A stretch of 64,000 nucleotides of DNA from an uncultured Thermoanaerobaculia bacterium (GCA_964565225.1 CAZMEL010000007.1:439-64438), one strand, 5' to 3'. Positions 39,042 through 48,660 are shown, numbered from the stretch's first letter. Notes: generated by a model from the sequence alone, not told the origin. Numbers and translations: made by a program.

Positions 39042-40604
39042 ATGGAGCCATCAACTTCTCAGCCCCGACCGATGGGGACCATGTCCAGGCCCTCGGCAGC
39101 TCCATCGTCGAACCTGGCGGCCGTCGACCTGGGATCGAACAGCTTCCGTATGGTGATCGCTCGCCGGGTCAAGGACGAGCTGCGCCTGGTCGATCGGTTG
39201 CGCGAAGGCGTTCGCCTCGCAGAATGCCTCGACTCGAAGCAGAACCTGACCTGGGAGGGTATCGAGCGGGGCGTCCGCTGCCTGCGGAAGTTCGGCCAGA
39301 GGTTGCGGGATTTTCCCCGAGGCAACGTGCGGGCGGTGGGCACGAACACGTTGCGCAAGGCGAAGAACGGCGAAGACTTTCTCGCCGCCGCGGAAGAGGC
39401 CCTTGGATTTCCCATCGAGATCATCTCCGGCCAGGAAGAAGCACGGCTGATCTTTCTCGGTGTTTCTCACAGCCTGCCCGCGCTTCCCGGCCGTCGTCTC
39501 GTGGTCGACATCGGGGGCGGTAGCACCGAGTGCATCGTCGGCGAGGCCTTCGAGCCCCGCCGGGCGGAGAGCCTCTACATGGGCTGCGTGGGCTACACCC
39601 TGCGGTATTTCCCCAAGGGAAAGATCACTCCCAAACGGATGCAGAAAGCGGAGATCGCCGCCCGCCTCGAGATGCGACCGATCAAGGCCATGTTCCGCGA
39701 CCTGGGCTGGAGCCATGCGGTCGGCGCCTCGGGCACGATCCACGCTGTCGCCGAAATCCTCCAGGCCAACGGCTGGAGCGAGCGCGGGATCACGGCCGAT
39801 GGCCTGGCTCGTTTGCGGGCCGAGATCCTGCATCAAGGCCATGTCGACCTGCTGAGCCTCAAAGGGCTGCGTCGAGATCGGGCCAAGGTGCTGCCCGGTG
39901 GCGTCGCCGTTTTGTCCGGAGTCTTCGAAAGCCTCCGGGTCGAGAGCATGGCGGTCTCCAAGGGGGCGCTGCGCGAAGGTGTGCTCTACGATCTTCTGGG
40001 CCGGATCCGCCACGAAGACGTCCGCGACCGCACGATCCACCGCTTCGTGGAGCAATACAATGTCGACCTCGCCCAGGCGCAACGGGTCGAAGCCACGGCT
40101 CTACTTTGTTTCGAGCAGGTGGCCGAATCGTGGAAGCTCCAGGGCCCCAACGACAAGCTGCTCCTGAGCTGGGCCGCCCGGCTGCACGAGATCGGCCTCG
40201 CCATCGCACACGGCGCGTTCCACAAACACAGCGCCTATCTGATCGACTTTTCCGACATGCCGGGTTTCTCGCGCCAGGATCAACGAATCCTCTCGCTCCT
40301 GGTGCGCGGAGTCCGCCGAAAGTTTCCGCGGCAGCTCTTCCAGGCGCTCCCGACCTCCCAAGCTCGACGCACCGTTCGACTCTGCTGCCTGATCCGGCTC
40401 GCGGTGCTGCTCAACCGCAGTCGCACGGGACGACCGCTCCCTCCCTTCACACTCGAAGGCAAGGGCAAGAATCTTCGGCTCTCTCTTCCCGAGAACTGGT
40501 TGCGGGAGAATCCGCTGACCCGAGCCGATCTCGGGCAGGAGGCCTCGTATCTGAAGGCCGCGGGGATCAAGCTCCGGTTGCAGGACTCTTCGGAAGAATC
40601 TTGA
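39042..40604 (+). CDS. ppx: Exopolyphosphatase Ppx/GppA
   Basis: DLGSNSF, GTNTLR, ISGQEEARL, DIGGGSTE, GALREG and C-terminal HD-like domain. Start uncertain (39042/39072/39081). Confidence 0.94.
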   Translation: MEPSTSQPRPMGTMSRPSAAPSSNLAAVDLGSNSFRMVIARRVKDELRLVDRLREGVRLAECLDSKQNLTWEGIERGVRCLRKFGQRLRDFPRGNVRAVGTNTLRKAKNGEDFLAAAEEALGFPIEIISGQEEARLIFLGVSHSLPALPGRRLVVDIGGGSTECIVGEAFEPRRAESLYMGCVGYTLRYFPKGKITPKRMQKAEIAARLEMRPIKAMFRDLGWSHAVGASGTIHAVAEILQANGWSERGITADGLARLRAEILHQGHVDLLSLKGLRRDRAKVLPGGVAVLSGVFESLRVESMAVSKGALREGVLYDLLGRIRHEDVRDRTIHRFVEQYNVDLAQAQRVEATALLCFEQVAESWKLQGPNDKLLLSWAARLHEIGLAIAHGAFHKHSAYLIDFSDMPGFSRQDQRILSLLVRGVRRKFPRQLFQALPTSQARRTVRLCCLIRLAVLLNRSRTGRPLPPFTLEGKGKNLRLSLPENWLRENPLTRADLGQEASYLKAAGIKLRLQDSSEES

Positions 40605-40633
40605 GCCCACCCGTCGCGAAGCGCCGTCGTCGG

Positions 40634-41143
40634 TCAGCTGGTGGGCCAGAGCCTTTCGAGCATTCGCGGGCGCAGCATCCAGACCAGCTCGCCCGAGCCC
40701 TTCTCCAGCTCTTGCCACCGGGAGACGTCGAAGTCGATCCGAGCCATTGCCGCGGTGACCATGCGAATCGACGCTCGCCCGATCAGCTCCCCACCCAGGG
40801 CCGACCAGGTGGGCTCGTGCCCCGCCACCAGGAGACTTCGGAATCGGTCGTCACAACCCCGAATCTTCTCCAGCACCCCCACCACAGTCGCCTCGTAGAG
40901 CTCCGAGCTCGCCTCGATCTCGCAGCCCCAGCCTCCGGCCGCCTTCGCTTCTTCCACCGTGGTCCGGGCCCGGACGGCGGTGGAGGTCAAGATCTTCTCG
41001 GGCACCTCTCCGATCGCCGCCAGGAAACGGCCGACCACCACCGCAGATCGATGCCCGCGCCGGTTCAAGGGCCGTTCGTGATCGCGGCCGTACTCTACGT
41101 TCCAATCGGATTTCGCGTGGCGCAGCAAGATCAAGGTCTTCAT
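40634..41143 (-). CDS. sixA: SixA-like histidine phosphatase
   Basis: LLRHAKS, RPLNRRG, STAVRARTT, GHEPT. Confidence 0.9.
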   Translation of the reverse strand: MKTLILLRHAKSDWNVEYGRDHERPLNRRGHRSAVVVGRFLAAIGEVPEKILTSTAVRARTTVEEAKAAGGWGCEIEASSELYEATVVGVLEKIRGCDDRFRSLLVAGHEPTWSALGGELIGRASIRMVTAAMARIDFDVSRWQELEKGSGELVWMLRPRMLERLWPTS

Positions 41144-41240
41144 CGTTTCTTCTCGTGGGTCGGCTAGAGTCTTGTGACATGGTCGCCAATGGTAGGCTTT
41201 CAGATCCGAATCCACTCATTCAGAATCTCGAGTCAGAGGC

Positions 41241-43259
41241 ATGACCACGACGAAGTCCAAGTCACCACAAAGCAAAACGACGAAAAAGCTCGACGCGCCG
41301 GAGCATTTCATCAACCGGGAGCTGAGCTGGCTCGAGTTCAACCGCCGAGTTCTCGAAGAAGCCTTCGACGAATCGAACCCGCTGCTCGAGCGTGTGAAGT
41401 TCCTCTCGATCTTCTCCAGCAATCTCGACGAGTTCTTCATGATCCGAGTCTCCGGACTGCGCCGTCAGCTGGTTTCGGGAGTGGTCTCGTCTCCACCCGA
41501 CGGCTTGACCCCCGCCGAGCAGCTGAACGTCCTGCAGGAACGCCTGGAGCCCATGCTCGGCCAGGTCGCCCAGCTTTGGACCGAGGATCTCCAACCACGC
41601 CTGAACGGCGCCGGCATCCGCATTCTCAGCTATGACCAGCTGAAGAGCAAACAACGGAAGCTACTCCGCCGCCACTTCCAGAGAGAGATCTTCCCGGCCC
41701 TCACTCCCCTGGCCTTCGACCCCAGCCATCCGTTCCCCCACATCTCCAATCTCAGCATCAACCTGGCAGTGGTTGTCTCTCATACCGGCCAGGGTCCCAC
41801 TTTTGCCCGACTGAAGGTGCCACCCATCTTCCCTCGCCTGCTGCGAATTCCGGCCGAAGACAAGGCGGGAAGCTACGAGCGGCTGGGGCTGAGAGAAGTG
41901 GTGGCCAACAACTTCGTGTGGCTCGAGGAGGTGGTGGTCGCCAATCTCGACCTGCTCTTCCCCGAGATCGACATCGTCGACGCCTTTCCTTTCCGAGTCA
42001 CCCGCGACGCCGATTTCGAAATCGAGGAAGACGAGGCCGCCGACCTCCTGCTGGCGATGGAGGAAGTGGTGGAGCAACGTCACTTCGGCTTCGCGGTCCG
42101 CCTGGAGGTCGACAATCGGATCCCTGCTTCCATCCTCGACATGTTGGTGAGGAACCTGGAGCTCGCCCCGTACCAGGTCCACTCGACCGAGGGCCCGATC
42201 GGGCTCTCCGACGTGATGGAGCTCACCAAGCTCGACCGCCCGGAGCTCAAAGATCCTCCCTTCCAACCACACCAGGCTCTCGCGTCCGATGCCGAGATCT
42301 TCGCCGCCCTGCGCAAGAAAGACCTGCTCCTCTACCATCCCTACGACAGTTTTTCGACCGTCGTCGACTTCGTGCAGCAGGCGGCGCGCGATCCCGATGT
42401 CCTGACCATCAAACAGACCCTCTATCGGGTCGGCACCGACTCGCCCATCGTGCAGGCCCTGATGGAGGCCCGGGAAAACGGCAAGCAGGTGGCCGTGCTC
42501 GTAGAGCTCAAGGCCCGGTTCGACGAGAGGAACAACATCGTCTGGGCCAAGGCTCTCGAGCGTGCCGGGGTGCATGTGGTCTACGGGGTGCTCGGGCTCA
42601 AGACCTACCTCACCTGCGACCCGGAGATTGCTTCCGACGTCTCCGATCTCTTCAACTCTCTCACCGGGTACTCCCGCAAGGTGGTCTACAGCCACCTGCT
42701 GGTCGCCCCGGGCAGCATGCGGAAAGAGATCCTGCGGCGGATCGAGCGAGAAATCCAGAAACACTCGGAGAACGGCGGCGGGCACCTCGTGTTCAAGCTC
42801 AACTCCCTGGTCGACAAGGCCTGCATCCTCGCGCTCTATCGAGCCTCGATCGCTGGCGTCCGTGTCGACCTGCAGATTCGAGGAATCTGCTGCCTGAGGC
42901 CGAGTGTGCCGGGAATTTCCGAGAACATCCACGTGACCTCGATCGTCGGCAGGTTCCTCGAGCACTCGAGGATTCTCTACTTCCGCAACGGCGGGGACGA
43001 GGAGATCTTCATCGGCAGCGCAGACCTCATGCCGCGGAACCTCGGTGGGCGGGTGGAGCTACTGGTGCCGATCGTCGATCCGGAGATTCGCGACACCCTG
43101 CGCGATTCCATCCTCTTCGCCCACCTCCAGGACGAGCACTGCTCCCAGAAGCTCCTCGCCGACGGATCCTATGAGCCACTCCGACCGACCGAGGGTCGAG
43201 GACGGAACACACAGCAGGAGATGCTCGAGCTACGGGCGAGCCGCAGCACTCTGCATTGA
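41241..43259 (+). CDS. ppk1: Polyphosphate kinase 1 with an internal in-frame deletion spanning the catalytic His; possibly inactive
   Basis: NRELSWLEFN, NLDEFFMIRV, YHPYDSF, ELKARFDE, GRFLEHSRI and SADLMPRN are present, but GLKT is joined directly to YLTCDPE. Confidence 0.93.
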   Translation: MTTTKSKSPQSKTTKKLDAPEHFINRELSWLEFNRRVLEEAFDESNPLLERVKFLSIFSSNLDEFFMIRVSGLRRQLVSGVVSSPPDGLTPAEQLNVLQERLEPMLGQVAQLWTEDLQPRLNGAGIRILSYDQLKSKQRKLLRRHFQREIFPALTPLAFDPSHPFPHISNLSINLAVVVSHTGQGPTFARLKVPPIFPRLLRIPAEDKAGSYERLGLREVVANNFVWLEEVVVANLDLLFPEIDIVDAFPFRVTRDADFEIEEDEAADLLLAMEEVVEQRHFGFAVRLEVDNRIPASILDMLVRNLELAPYQVHSTEGPIGLSDVMELTKLDRPELKDPPFQPHQALASDAEIFAALRKKDLLLYHPYDSFSTVVDFVQQAARDPDVLTIKQTLYRVGTDSPIVQALMEARENGKQVAVLVELKARFDERNNIVWAKALERAGVHVVYGVLGLKTYLTCDPEIASDVSDLFNSLTGYSRKVVYSHLLVAPGSMRKEILRRIEREIQKHSENGGGHLVFKLNSLVDKACILALYRASIAGVRVDLQIRGICCLRPSVPGISENIHVTSIVGRFLEHSRILYFRNGGDEEIFIGSADLMPRNLGGRVELLVPIVDPEIRDTLRDSILFAHLQDEHCSQKLLADGSYEPLRPTEGRGRNTQQEMLELRASRSTLH

Positions 43260-43269
43260 CCCGGAAGAC

Positions 43270-43734
43270 TCACCAGGTCGAATAGGGGCGTCGCACCAGG
43301 TTGGAATTCAGGTAGCGGGGGTCGTCGGACACCTCGTCTCCGAGCCATGGCGGCCTCTCGAAGGCCTGTTCTTCGCTCGCCAGCTCGACCTCTGCCACGA
43401 CCAACCCGTCGTTCTCACCCCGGAACTCGTCGATCTCCCAGACGAAGCCTCCGAATTCCACCTCGTAGCGGGTCTTCTCGATCAACGGCCGCTCGCAGAG
43501 GCTGTCGAGCAGGCGGTTGGCATCGTCCATCGGAACCTCGTATTCGAATTCCAGGCGGGTGATTCCTTCGGCACGTCCCTTGATGGTCAGGAACGCGCGA
43601 TCTCCCTTCGTACGCACTCGCACATTCCGATCGGGATCGGTGGAGAGATAGCCCTGGCGAAACTCCGTACCGGATCCCAGACCCCTCCAGCTCTCGTCCG
43701 CGAGCAGAAACTTTCGTTCGATCTCTTTTCCCAC
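43270..43734 (-). CDS. CYTH-domain (triphosphate tunnel metalloenzyme) protein
   Basis: EIERKF (ExExK), RVR, TIKG, EFEYE, KTRY, WEIDEF, AEVEL. Confidence 0.93.
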   Translation of the reverse strand: MGKEIERKFLLADESWRGLGSGTEFRQGYLSTDPDRNVRVRTKGDRAFLTIKGRAEGITRLEFEYEVPMDDANRLLDSLCERPLIEKTRYEVEFGGFVWEIDEFRGENDGLVVAEVELASEEQAFERPPWLGDEVSDDPRYLNSNLVRRPYSTW

Positions 43735-43740
43735 GATTCC

Positions 43741-44523
43741 TCACTCGGGGTCGGGCGCACCGACCCGCACCTCGACGTCCCGCCAGAGAGACTCGAACGC
43801 GAGGGTCGGCTCGCGGCGCGGAGCAAAGGCTCCCAGGGGCATGCGATGGACTCCCATCTGCTCGACGAGACTCGAGTAGGGAATCCGGGTCGGCAGGAAC
43901 TCTTCCGCGAGGCGGAAGTCGAAACCCTCGAGGCTCGCCAGCTCTCCGATCGCTCGATGCATCTGCTTCCGCCGATCCACCATCGAGAGGAACGGCAGCA
44001 AACGCAGGCGGGAGATACCCCGGCGATCGAGGTGATGGTCGATCTGCTCCAGGGTCCGCAGCGAGAGTGGTGTGGGTATCGTGGGTACCAGCAGGGCGTC
44101 CGCGGCCTCGAAGACATTTTCCGAGACCACCGAGAGGCTCGGTGGGCAGTCGAGGATCACCCGCTCGTAGGCGGCCTCGAGCAAAGAGAGCCAGCGGCCG
44201 AGACGTTTCCTCGACTTCTTGGCCGCATCGAGCGCCAGATCGAGCTTGCGCAGGGAAAAATCCGCCGGCAGGACGTCGAGATCCTCGAAATCGGTGCCAC
44301 GAATCCGGCTCGCCAGCTCCGCCGATCGCGGCGAGGCCGCCAGAGCCTTGCGCCCTCCGGCGAGCTCCGGCTTGATCCGGAAGTAGTAGCTGGTCGCTCC
44401 CTGGGGATCGAGATCCCAGACCAGCGTCCGCAGCCCGTCCTGGGCGGCGAACCATCCCAGATTCACGGCGCTGGCCGTCTTTCCGACCCCACCCTTCAAG
44501 TTGAACAGTGCGTAGACTTTCAC
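43741..44523 (-). CDS. Orphan ParA/Soj-family ATPase
   Basis: Deviant Walker A KGGVGKT, DLDPQG, ILDCPP; no parB nearby. Confidence 0.92.
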   Translation of the reverse strand: MKVYALFNLKGGVGKTASAVNLGWFAAQDGLRTLVWDLDPQGATSYYFRIKPELAGGRKALAASPRSAELASRIRGTDFEDLDVLPADFSLRKLDLALDAAKKSRKRLGRWLSLLEAAYERVILDCPPSLSVVSENVFEAADALLVPTIPTPLSLRTLEQIDHHLDRRGISRLRLLPFLSMVDRRKQMHRAIGELASLEGFDFRLAEEFLPTRIPYSSLVEQMGVHRMPLGAFAPRREPTLAFESLWRDVEVRVGAPDPE

Positions 44524-45392
44524 GGCACGCCAAGCCTATCGCGATTCTCGGAGATTTCGCGTGTTCCGTCTCCAGTCGACGTTCGATTGAGGCTCCAGTC
44601 GTAGGTGTATTCGACCTCACCACGAAAAGTTTCGAGGCGATCGGCGAGCTCTTCGTCGGCAAATTCGGCCAGGTGCTCGAGCACCCCCGGCAGACCTTCG
44701 CCGAAATCGGACGCGTACCAGAGGTAGAGGCTCGAGAGCACGAGCTTCTCCCCGGCGAATCGTACGGCTCGTTCGTGGTTCACGAACGCCTCGGCTCCTC
44801 GATCGAGCAGATCCTCGAGATTCTCGGCCGTGAAAGGCTCCAGGGCCAGGTTCGGGCAGCCGTAGCTGGCGCAGTTGACCCCGTAGTGGATTCGAGGATC
44901 GTTCCAGATCGGCCGCAGAATCCGATTCTCGATGTCGTTCAGCGACAATCCCCGACCCTCGACCCGCAGCAGCTCCGCATTCCAGGGGCCCTCTCCGCCG
45001 TCGATGTGAATCTCGGTTATGGACTCCACGGGCCAGTGGTCGAGAACCACCCGCACCGTAGCCGCGTTGTAGAGATTCATCCAGTACGCCATCTGCTCGT
45101 CCCGAGAGAGGGCCGAGACTCGCGTTGCCTGGAGATCGGCCAGGTAGTCGTCGAGGTGGGCCCGGTCTTCGGAACCCACTCGTGAGTAGGCCACGACGTG
45201 GAGACCGTCCGCTCGAGCCGTCACGAACCGGTCGAGGAAATCGGCCCAGGGGCCGTGGTCGACCCGGGTCTGGCTCGCGGGATCGAAACGGGACCAGGCC
45301 CCGAACGCGCTCGTTGCACCCGCCGCCGAAACGAGGGCCAGCAACGAGACGAGAGCCAGCGCGGGGAAGAGAGCCAGAACCTTCGATCTCAT
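44520..45392 (-). CDS. Secreted DUF547 protein
   Basis: Signal peptide; AYWMNLYNAATV, SLNDIENRILR, DPRIHYGVNCASYGCP; GTGA overlap with parA. Confidence 0.88.
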   Translation of the reverse strand: MRSKVLALFPALALVSLLALVSAAGATSAFGAWSRFDPASQTRVDHGPWADFLDRFVTARADGLHVVAYSRVGSEDRAHLDDYLADLQATRVSALSRDEQMAYWMNLYNAATVRVVLDHWPVESITEIHIDGGEGPWNAELLRVEGRGLSLNDIENRILRPIWNDPRIHYGVNCASYGCPNLALEPFTAENLEDLLDRGAEAFVNHERAVRFAGEKLVLSSLYLWYASDFGEGLPGVLEHLAEFADEELADRLETFRGEVEYTYDWSLNRTSTGDGTREISENRDRLGVP

Positions 45393-45495
45393 GGGTCGAT
45401 CTCCTTGGCAAAAAGGGGCGCCTACGATTCGGAGGCGCATCGTGACTCGCCAGGCGTCCGTCGAATTGCACCCCGAGGAGTCTACGGCGGGTAAG

Positions 45496-46248
45496 ATGCC
45501 GCGGATGCCCGAGCTCCACTCTCCCCTGGGATTCCTGATCCTCGCCGGCACCGGCTTCGTGGCCGGAACCCTCAACGTGCTGGCCGGAGGCGGATCGTTC
45601 CTGACCCTGCCGGTGTTGATCTTTCTCGGTCTCCCGCCCGGCGTGGCCAACGGCACCAATCGGGTCGGGATCCTGCTGCAGAACGTGAGCGCCGTATGGA
45701 GCTTTCGGCGCCTCGGAATCTCCGAGCCCCAGACCCTCCTCTGGGCGGCCCTCCCCGCCACCCTGGGCGGCGCCTGTGGCGCGATTCTCGCCGTGCGCAT
45801 CAGCGACCAGGACTTCCAGCAGACCCTCGCCTTCCTCATGGTCGCCATCAGCCTCGCCAGCTTCTGGAAACCGGCCCGCGACGAGAGCCGCCGGATCTCA
45901 TCGGCATGGCTGGCCCTGGGATTCTTCGTCGTCGGCATCTACGGAGGTTTCGTGCAGGCCGGAGTCGGCTTCCTGATCCTGGCCGTCACCTCTCTTGCCG
46001 GTTTCGATCTGGTACGGGGCAACGCGGTGAAAGTGCTGGCGATCCTCTGTCTCACCGGCCTGTCTCTCGCGATCTTCGTCTGGCAGAATCGTGTCGATTG
46101 GATCCCCGGATCGTTCCTCGCCGTCGGTACGATCGGCGGAGGTGCGCTCGGAGCGCGCCTGACCGTGCTCAAGGGAGACCGGTGGATCCGGCGATTGGTC
46201 ACTCTGCTGGTGTTGCTCTTCGCCGTTCGTCTGTGGATCTCCGCCTGA
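45496..46248 (+). CDS. TauE/SafE sulfite-exporter family membrane protein
   Basis: AGTLNVLAGGG, ANGTNR, GIYGGFVQAGVG; about 8 TM helices. Confidence 0.88.
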   Translation: MPRMPELHSPLGFLILAGTGFVAGTLNVLAGGGSFLTLPVLIFLGLPPGVANGTNRVGILLQNVSAVWSFRRLGISEPQTLLWAALPATLGGACGAILAVRISDQDFQQTLAFLMVAISLASFWKPARDESRRISSAWLALGFFVVGIYGGFVQAGVGFLILAVTSLAGFDLVRGNAVKVLAILCLTGLSLAIFVWQNRVDWIPGSFLAVGTIGGGALGARLTVLKGDRWIRRLVTLLVLLFAVRLWISA

Positions 46249-46261
46249 GAAGGATCGAGGC

Positions 46262-46777
46262 ATGACATTTTCCGAAGATTCCATCACCCCTTCTCGCGAG
46301 ACCCTCTATCTCCGGGCCGGCTGGGTGTACCTCGGTCTCGGCTCGGCGATCCTGCTGGTCACCGCCGCCAGCCCGGGCCTGCTGGCCGCGGAACGACGCG
46401 CGGACCTGATCCACCTCCTCGTGGGGCTGCCCTTCTTCGTCCTCTTCGCTCTGATGATCGGCCGCGGGGATCGCCTGTTCTCCTGGCCCCTGCGGCCCTT
46501 CGCCGGGCCCGAGAAGGCCCGCTCGATCGGCCGCTGGTGCCAGGAGAAGCTGACCATGCTACTGAGCGTCTCGGCCCTGGGACGAACCCTCGTCTTCTTC
46601 GCCAACGCCGCCGGCTGGCGCCCGAGGTGGAGACCTGCGCTGCGTTTCGAGCCGGCGGAGCCCGATCTGCGAATGTTGATCAACGCCCTGCTGATGGCGG
46701 TGATCTTCGTCTTTCTCGTGCGTGCATCCTGGATTCCGTGGTGGCGCCGGGTCACCGGGGGGTCGAAGGCTCGTTGA
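46262..46777 (+). CDS. Hypothetical membrane protein
   Basis: Four hydrophobic segments; follows tauE after 13 nt. Confidence 0.6.
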   Translation: MTFSEDSITPSRETLYLRAGWVYLGLGSAILLVTAASPGLLAAERRADLIHLLVGLPFFVLFALMIGRGDRLFSWPLRPFAGPEKARSIGRWCQEKLTMLLSVSALGRTLVFFANAAGWRPRWRPALRFEPAEPDLRMLINALLMAVIFVFLVRASWIPWWRRVTGGSKAR

Positions 46778-46938
46778 ATCGAGGCCGTCTCCACCCGAAA
46801 CCGTGGCAGCCCTTGGCCCGAGCCCGGGTAGGTGCTAGACTTATATACTCGAATCGCTATCGATAGGAGACCTCGTCTCGCTATCGAGCCACGACCCTGA
46901 TCGGATGGTCCGAGGGCAACAAGGTACCTGGAGAAATC

Positions 46939-47385
46939 ATGGTTAGACGAACCCTCTTCCTGATCGTTCTCGGCCTCACGGTGGCCACCACGGCCAGCGC
47001 CGGAACGTTTACCGTGATCCTCAACAACGGAACCAGCTTCTTGACCCGGTATCGCCCGGCTCCGGCAGATTGGGACGAAAACATCATCCTGTTCAGCACC
47101 GACCAGGGCAATCAGATCGCGCTCCAGCGCGAGGACATCGCCGACATCACCTCGTCGGTCGAGGAAACCGGTTTCGGCTACCAGGTCGACACCACCACCC
47201 TCTTCGTCGGGTGGAGCCCCAACGAGGCATTCGATGTCGAAGACGGTGAAGGTGGCGACGGCGGAGGCTCGGAAGCGCTGGCGGCTCCGGCAGCCTCCTC
47301 GGGCGGCGGCTTCTCCCTCGAGCAATTCGTCGATGTTCCGGGGTCCGGAAGTGGGATCAGCACACAGCCGGTTCGCGGCTACTGA
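46939..47385 (+). CDS. Hypothetical secreted protein
   Basis: GGAGA RBS, signal peptide (TTASA cleavage), beta-rich core, acidic/Gly tail. Confidence 0.7.
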   Translation: MVRRTLFLIVLGLTVATTASAGTFTVILNNGTSFLTRYRPAPADWDENIILFSTDQGNQIALQREDIADITSSVEETGFGYQVDTTTLFVGWSPNEAFDVEDGEGGDGGGSEALAAPAASSGGGFSLEQFVDVPGSGSGISTQPVRGY

Positions 47386-47413
47386 TCGAAACTCGCCCGA
47401 CATCCCTCACCAA

Positions 47414-47442
47414 CGGCCAGCCGACCGTTTCCCGGCTGGCCG
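47414..47442 (+). terminator. GC-rich hairpin after the 46939-47385 gene
   Basis: CGGCCAGCCG / CGGCTGGCCG 10-bp stem; no clear U-tract. Confidence 0.45.
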
Positions 47443-47517
47443 AAACAAGATTTCCGGACATTTTCAGATGGTCGGAACACCTCTTCATGAGGCTCATCCG
47501 ACTCACCAGGGGGCGGC

Positions 47518-47739
47518 GTGATCCGCTGGCTCGGGCTACCGGTCCTGGCATTGATCGTCTCCTCCCTCGTGTTCCGCTACCAGATGGAGTGGCCGTGGCC
47601 TCTGGTCGCCCTGATCGCGCTGTCCATCGCCGCTCTCGCCTACTCGACCCAACGGGCCGTGGAACGAATGCTCGCGATCGTGATCTCCGAGGAAGAAGGC
47701 AGCTCGAGCCCGACCGCGCCAGGGGGCGATCACCAGTGA
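47518..47739 (+). CDS. Small two-TM membrane protein
   Basis: AGGGGG RBS, GTG start, two hydrophobic helices. Confidence 0.5.
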   Translation: MIRWLGLPVLALIVSSLVFRYQMEWPWPLVALIALSIAALAYSTQRAVERMLAIVISEEEGSSSPTAPGGDHQ

Positions 47740-47850
47740 CGCGACCAGGAAGAGGTGGGAAAAGCCCGGGGGCAACCATCCTGTCAGGAGCAGGAGCATC
47801 CAGGACGAAAACAGAACACATGCGACCACCAATCGAGCCTCGCCTGTCAT
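47536..47850 (-). CDS. Small membrane protein (lmo0937-like pattern), overlapping the + strand ORF
   Basis: GGAAGGT RBS; MTGEARLVVACVLFSSWMLLLLTGWLPPGFSHLFLVASLVIAPWR. Confidence 0.45.
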   Translation of the reverse strand: MTGEARLVVACVLFSSWMLLLLTGWLPPGFSHLFLVASLVIAPWRGRARAAFFLGDHDREHSFHGPLGRVGESGDGQRDQGDQRPRPLHLVAEHEGGDDQCQDR

Positions 47851-47880
47851 GAACCCACCTTCCGTCGATCTCGAGCGCCG

Positions 47881-48660
47881 ATGAAACGCTGGCAGCATAA
47901 CAAACCCAAGAATGGCGTCCCGGTGCTGCGGGCCGTTACTTTCGATGTGACCCACACGCTGATCCATGCTCCCAGAACGGCGGAGATCTACGTCGAGGCT
48001 TTCGGTCGCCACGGCGTCAAGGCCAGCGTTCGGCAGGTTCGCAAGGAGATCCCCTGGGTCTGGAAGGAATTCTCCTGCCAGGCGCATCCCATGGCAGATC
48101 GCTTTTCTCGACATCCCAAGGGAGCCAAGGGCTGGTGGCACGACTTCGCCGCTCGACTCTGCCGCCGCCTCGATCTCCCCGCGCCTTCACGCTTCGCCAG
48201 CGCCGAGCTCTTCGCGCGGTTCTCCCGCACCGATGCCTGGGAAGTGTTTGCCGACGTCGGCCCGGCTCTCACACAGCTCCGGGCGCTGGGGTTGAAGCTC
48301 GGGGTGGTGAGCAACTGGGACCCGAGGCTCCCCGACCTGCTCGCCGCTCTCGGGCTCGAGGATTCCTTCGAAGCGATCACCTATTCCGCGGCGGAGGGAA
48401 TCGAGAAGCCCAACCCGAAGATCTTCCTCTCCTGCCTGTCGAGGCTCGAGGTCGCTCCGGAGGAGGCGCTGCACGTGGGAGATCATCCGATCGATGATTT
48501 CGAAGGGGCCCAGGCAGCGGGCATGACCTCGGTGCTGATCGACCGCAAGAACGACGAGGGCCCCGACCTCTGCCGTCTGCTCGAGACTTTCTACCAGGAC
48601 CGGCTCCCGCTCCGAGCCTCGGCCAGCGACCGTTTCGGAGGCCGCCATGTTCGGACCTGA
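47881..48660 (+). CDS. HAD-IA (REG-2-like) hydrolase
   Basis: TFDVTHTL, VVSNWDPRL, EKPNPKIF, HVGDHPIDDFEGA. Confidence 0.88.
   Translation: MKRWQHNKPKNGVPVLRAVTFDVTHTLIHAPRTAEIYVEAFGRHGVKASVRQVRKEIPWVWKEFSCQAHPMADRFSRHPKGAKGWWHDFAARLCRRLDLPAPSRFASAELFARFSRTDAWEVFADVGPALTQLRALGLKLGVVSNWDPRLPDLLAALGLEDSFEAITYSAAEGIEKPNPKIFLSCLSRLEVAPEEALHVGDHPIDDFEGAQAAGMTSVLIDRKNDEGPDLCRLLETFYQDRLPLRASASDRFGGRHVRT

Noticed and set aside
43741-44523. Plasmid or chromosome partition locus
   Set aside because: No parB, rep or parS-like repeats nearby; the context is chromosomal housekeeping and polyP genes.
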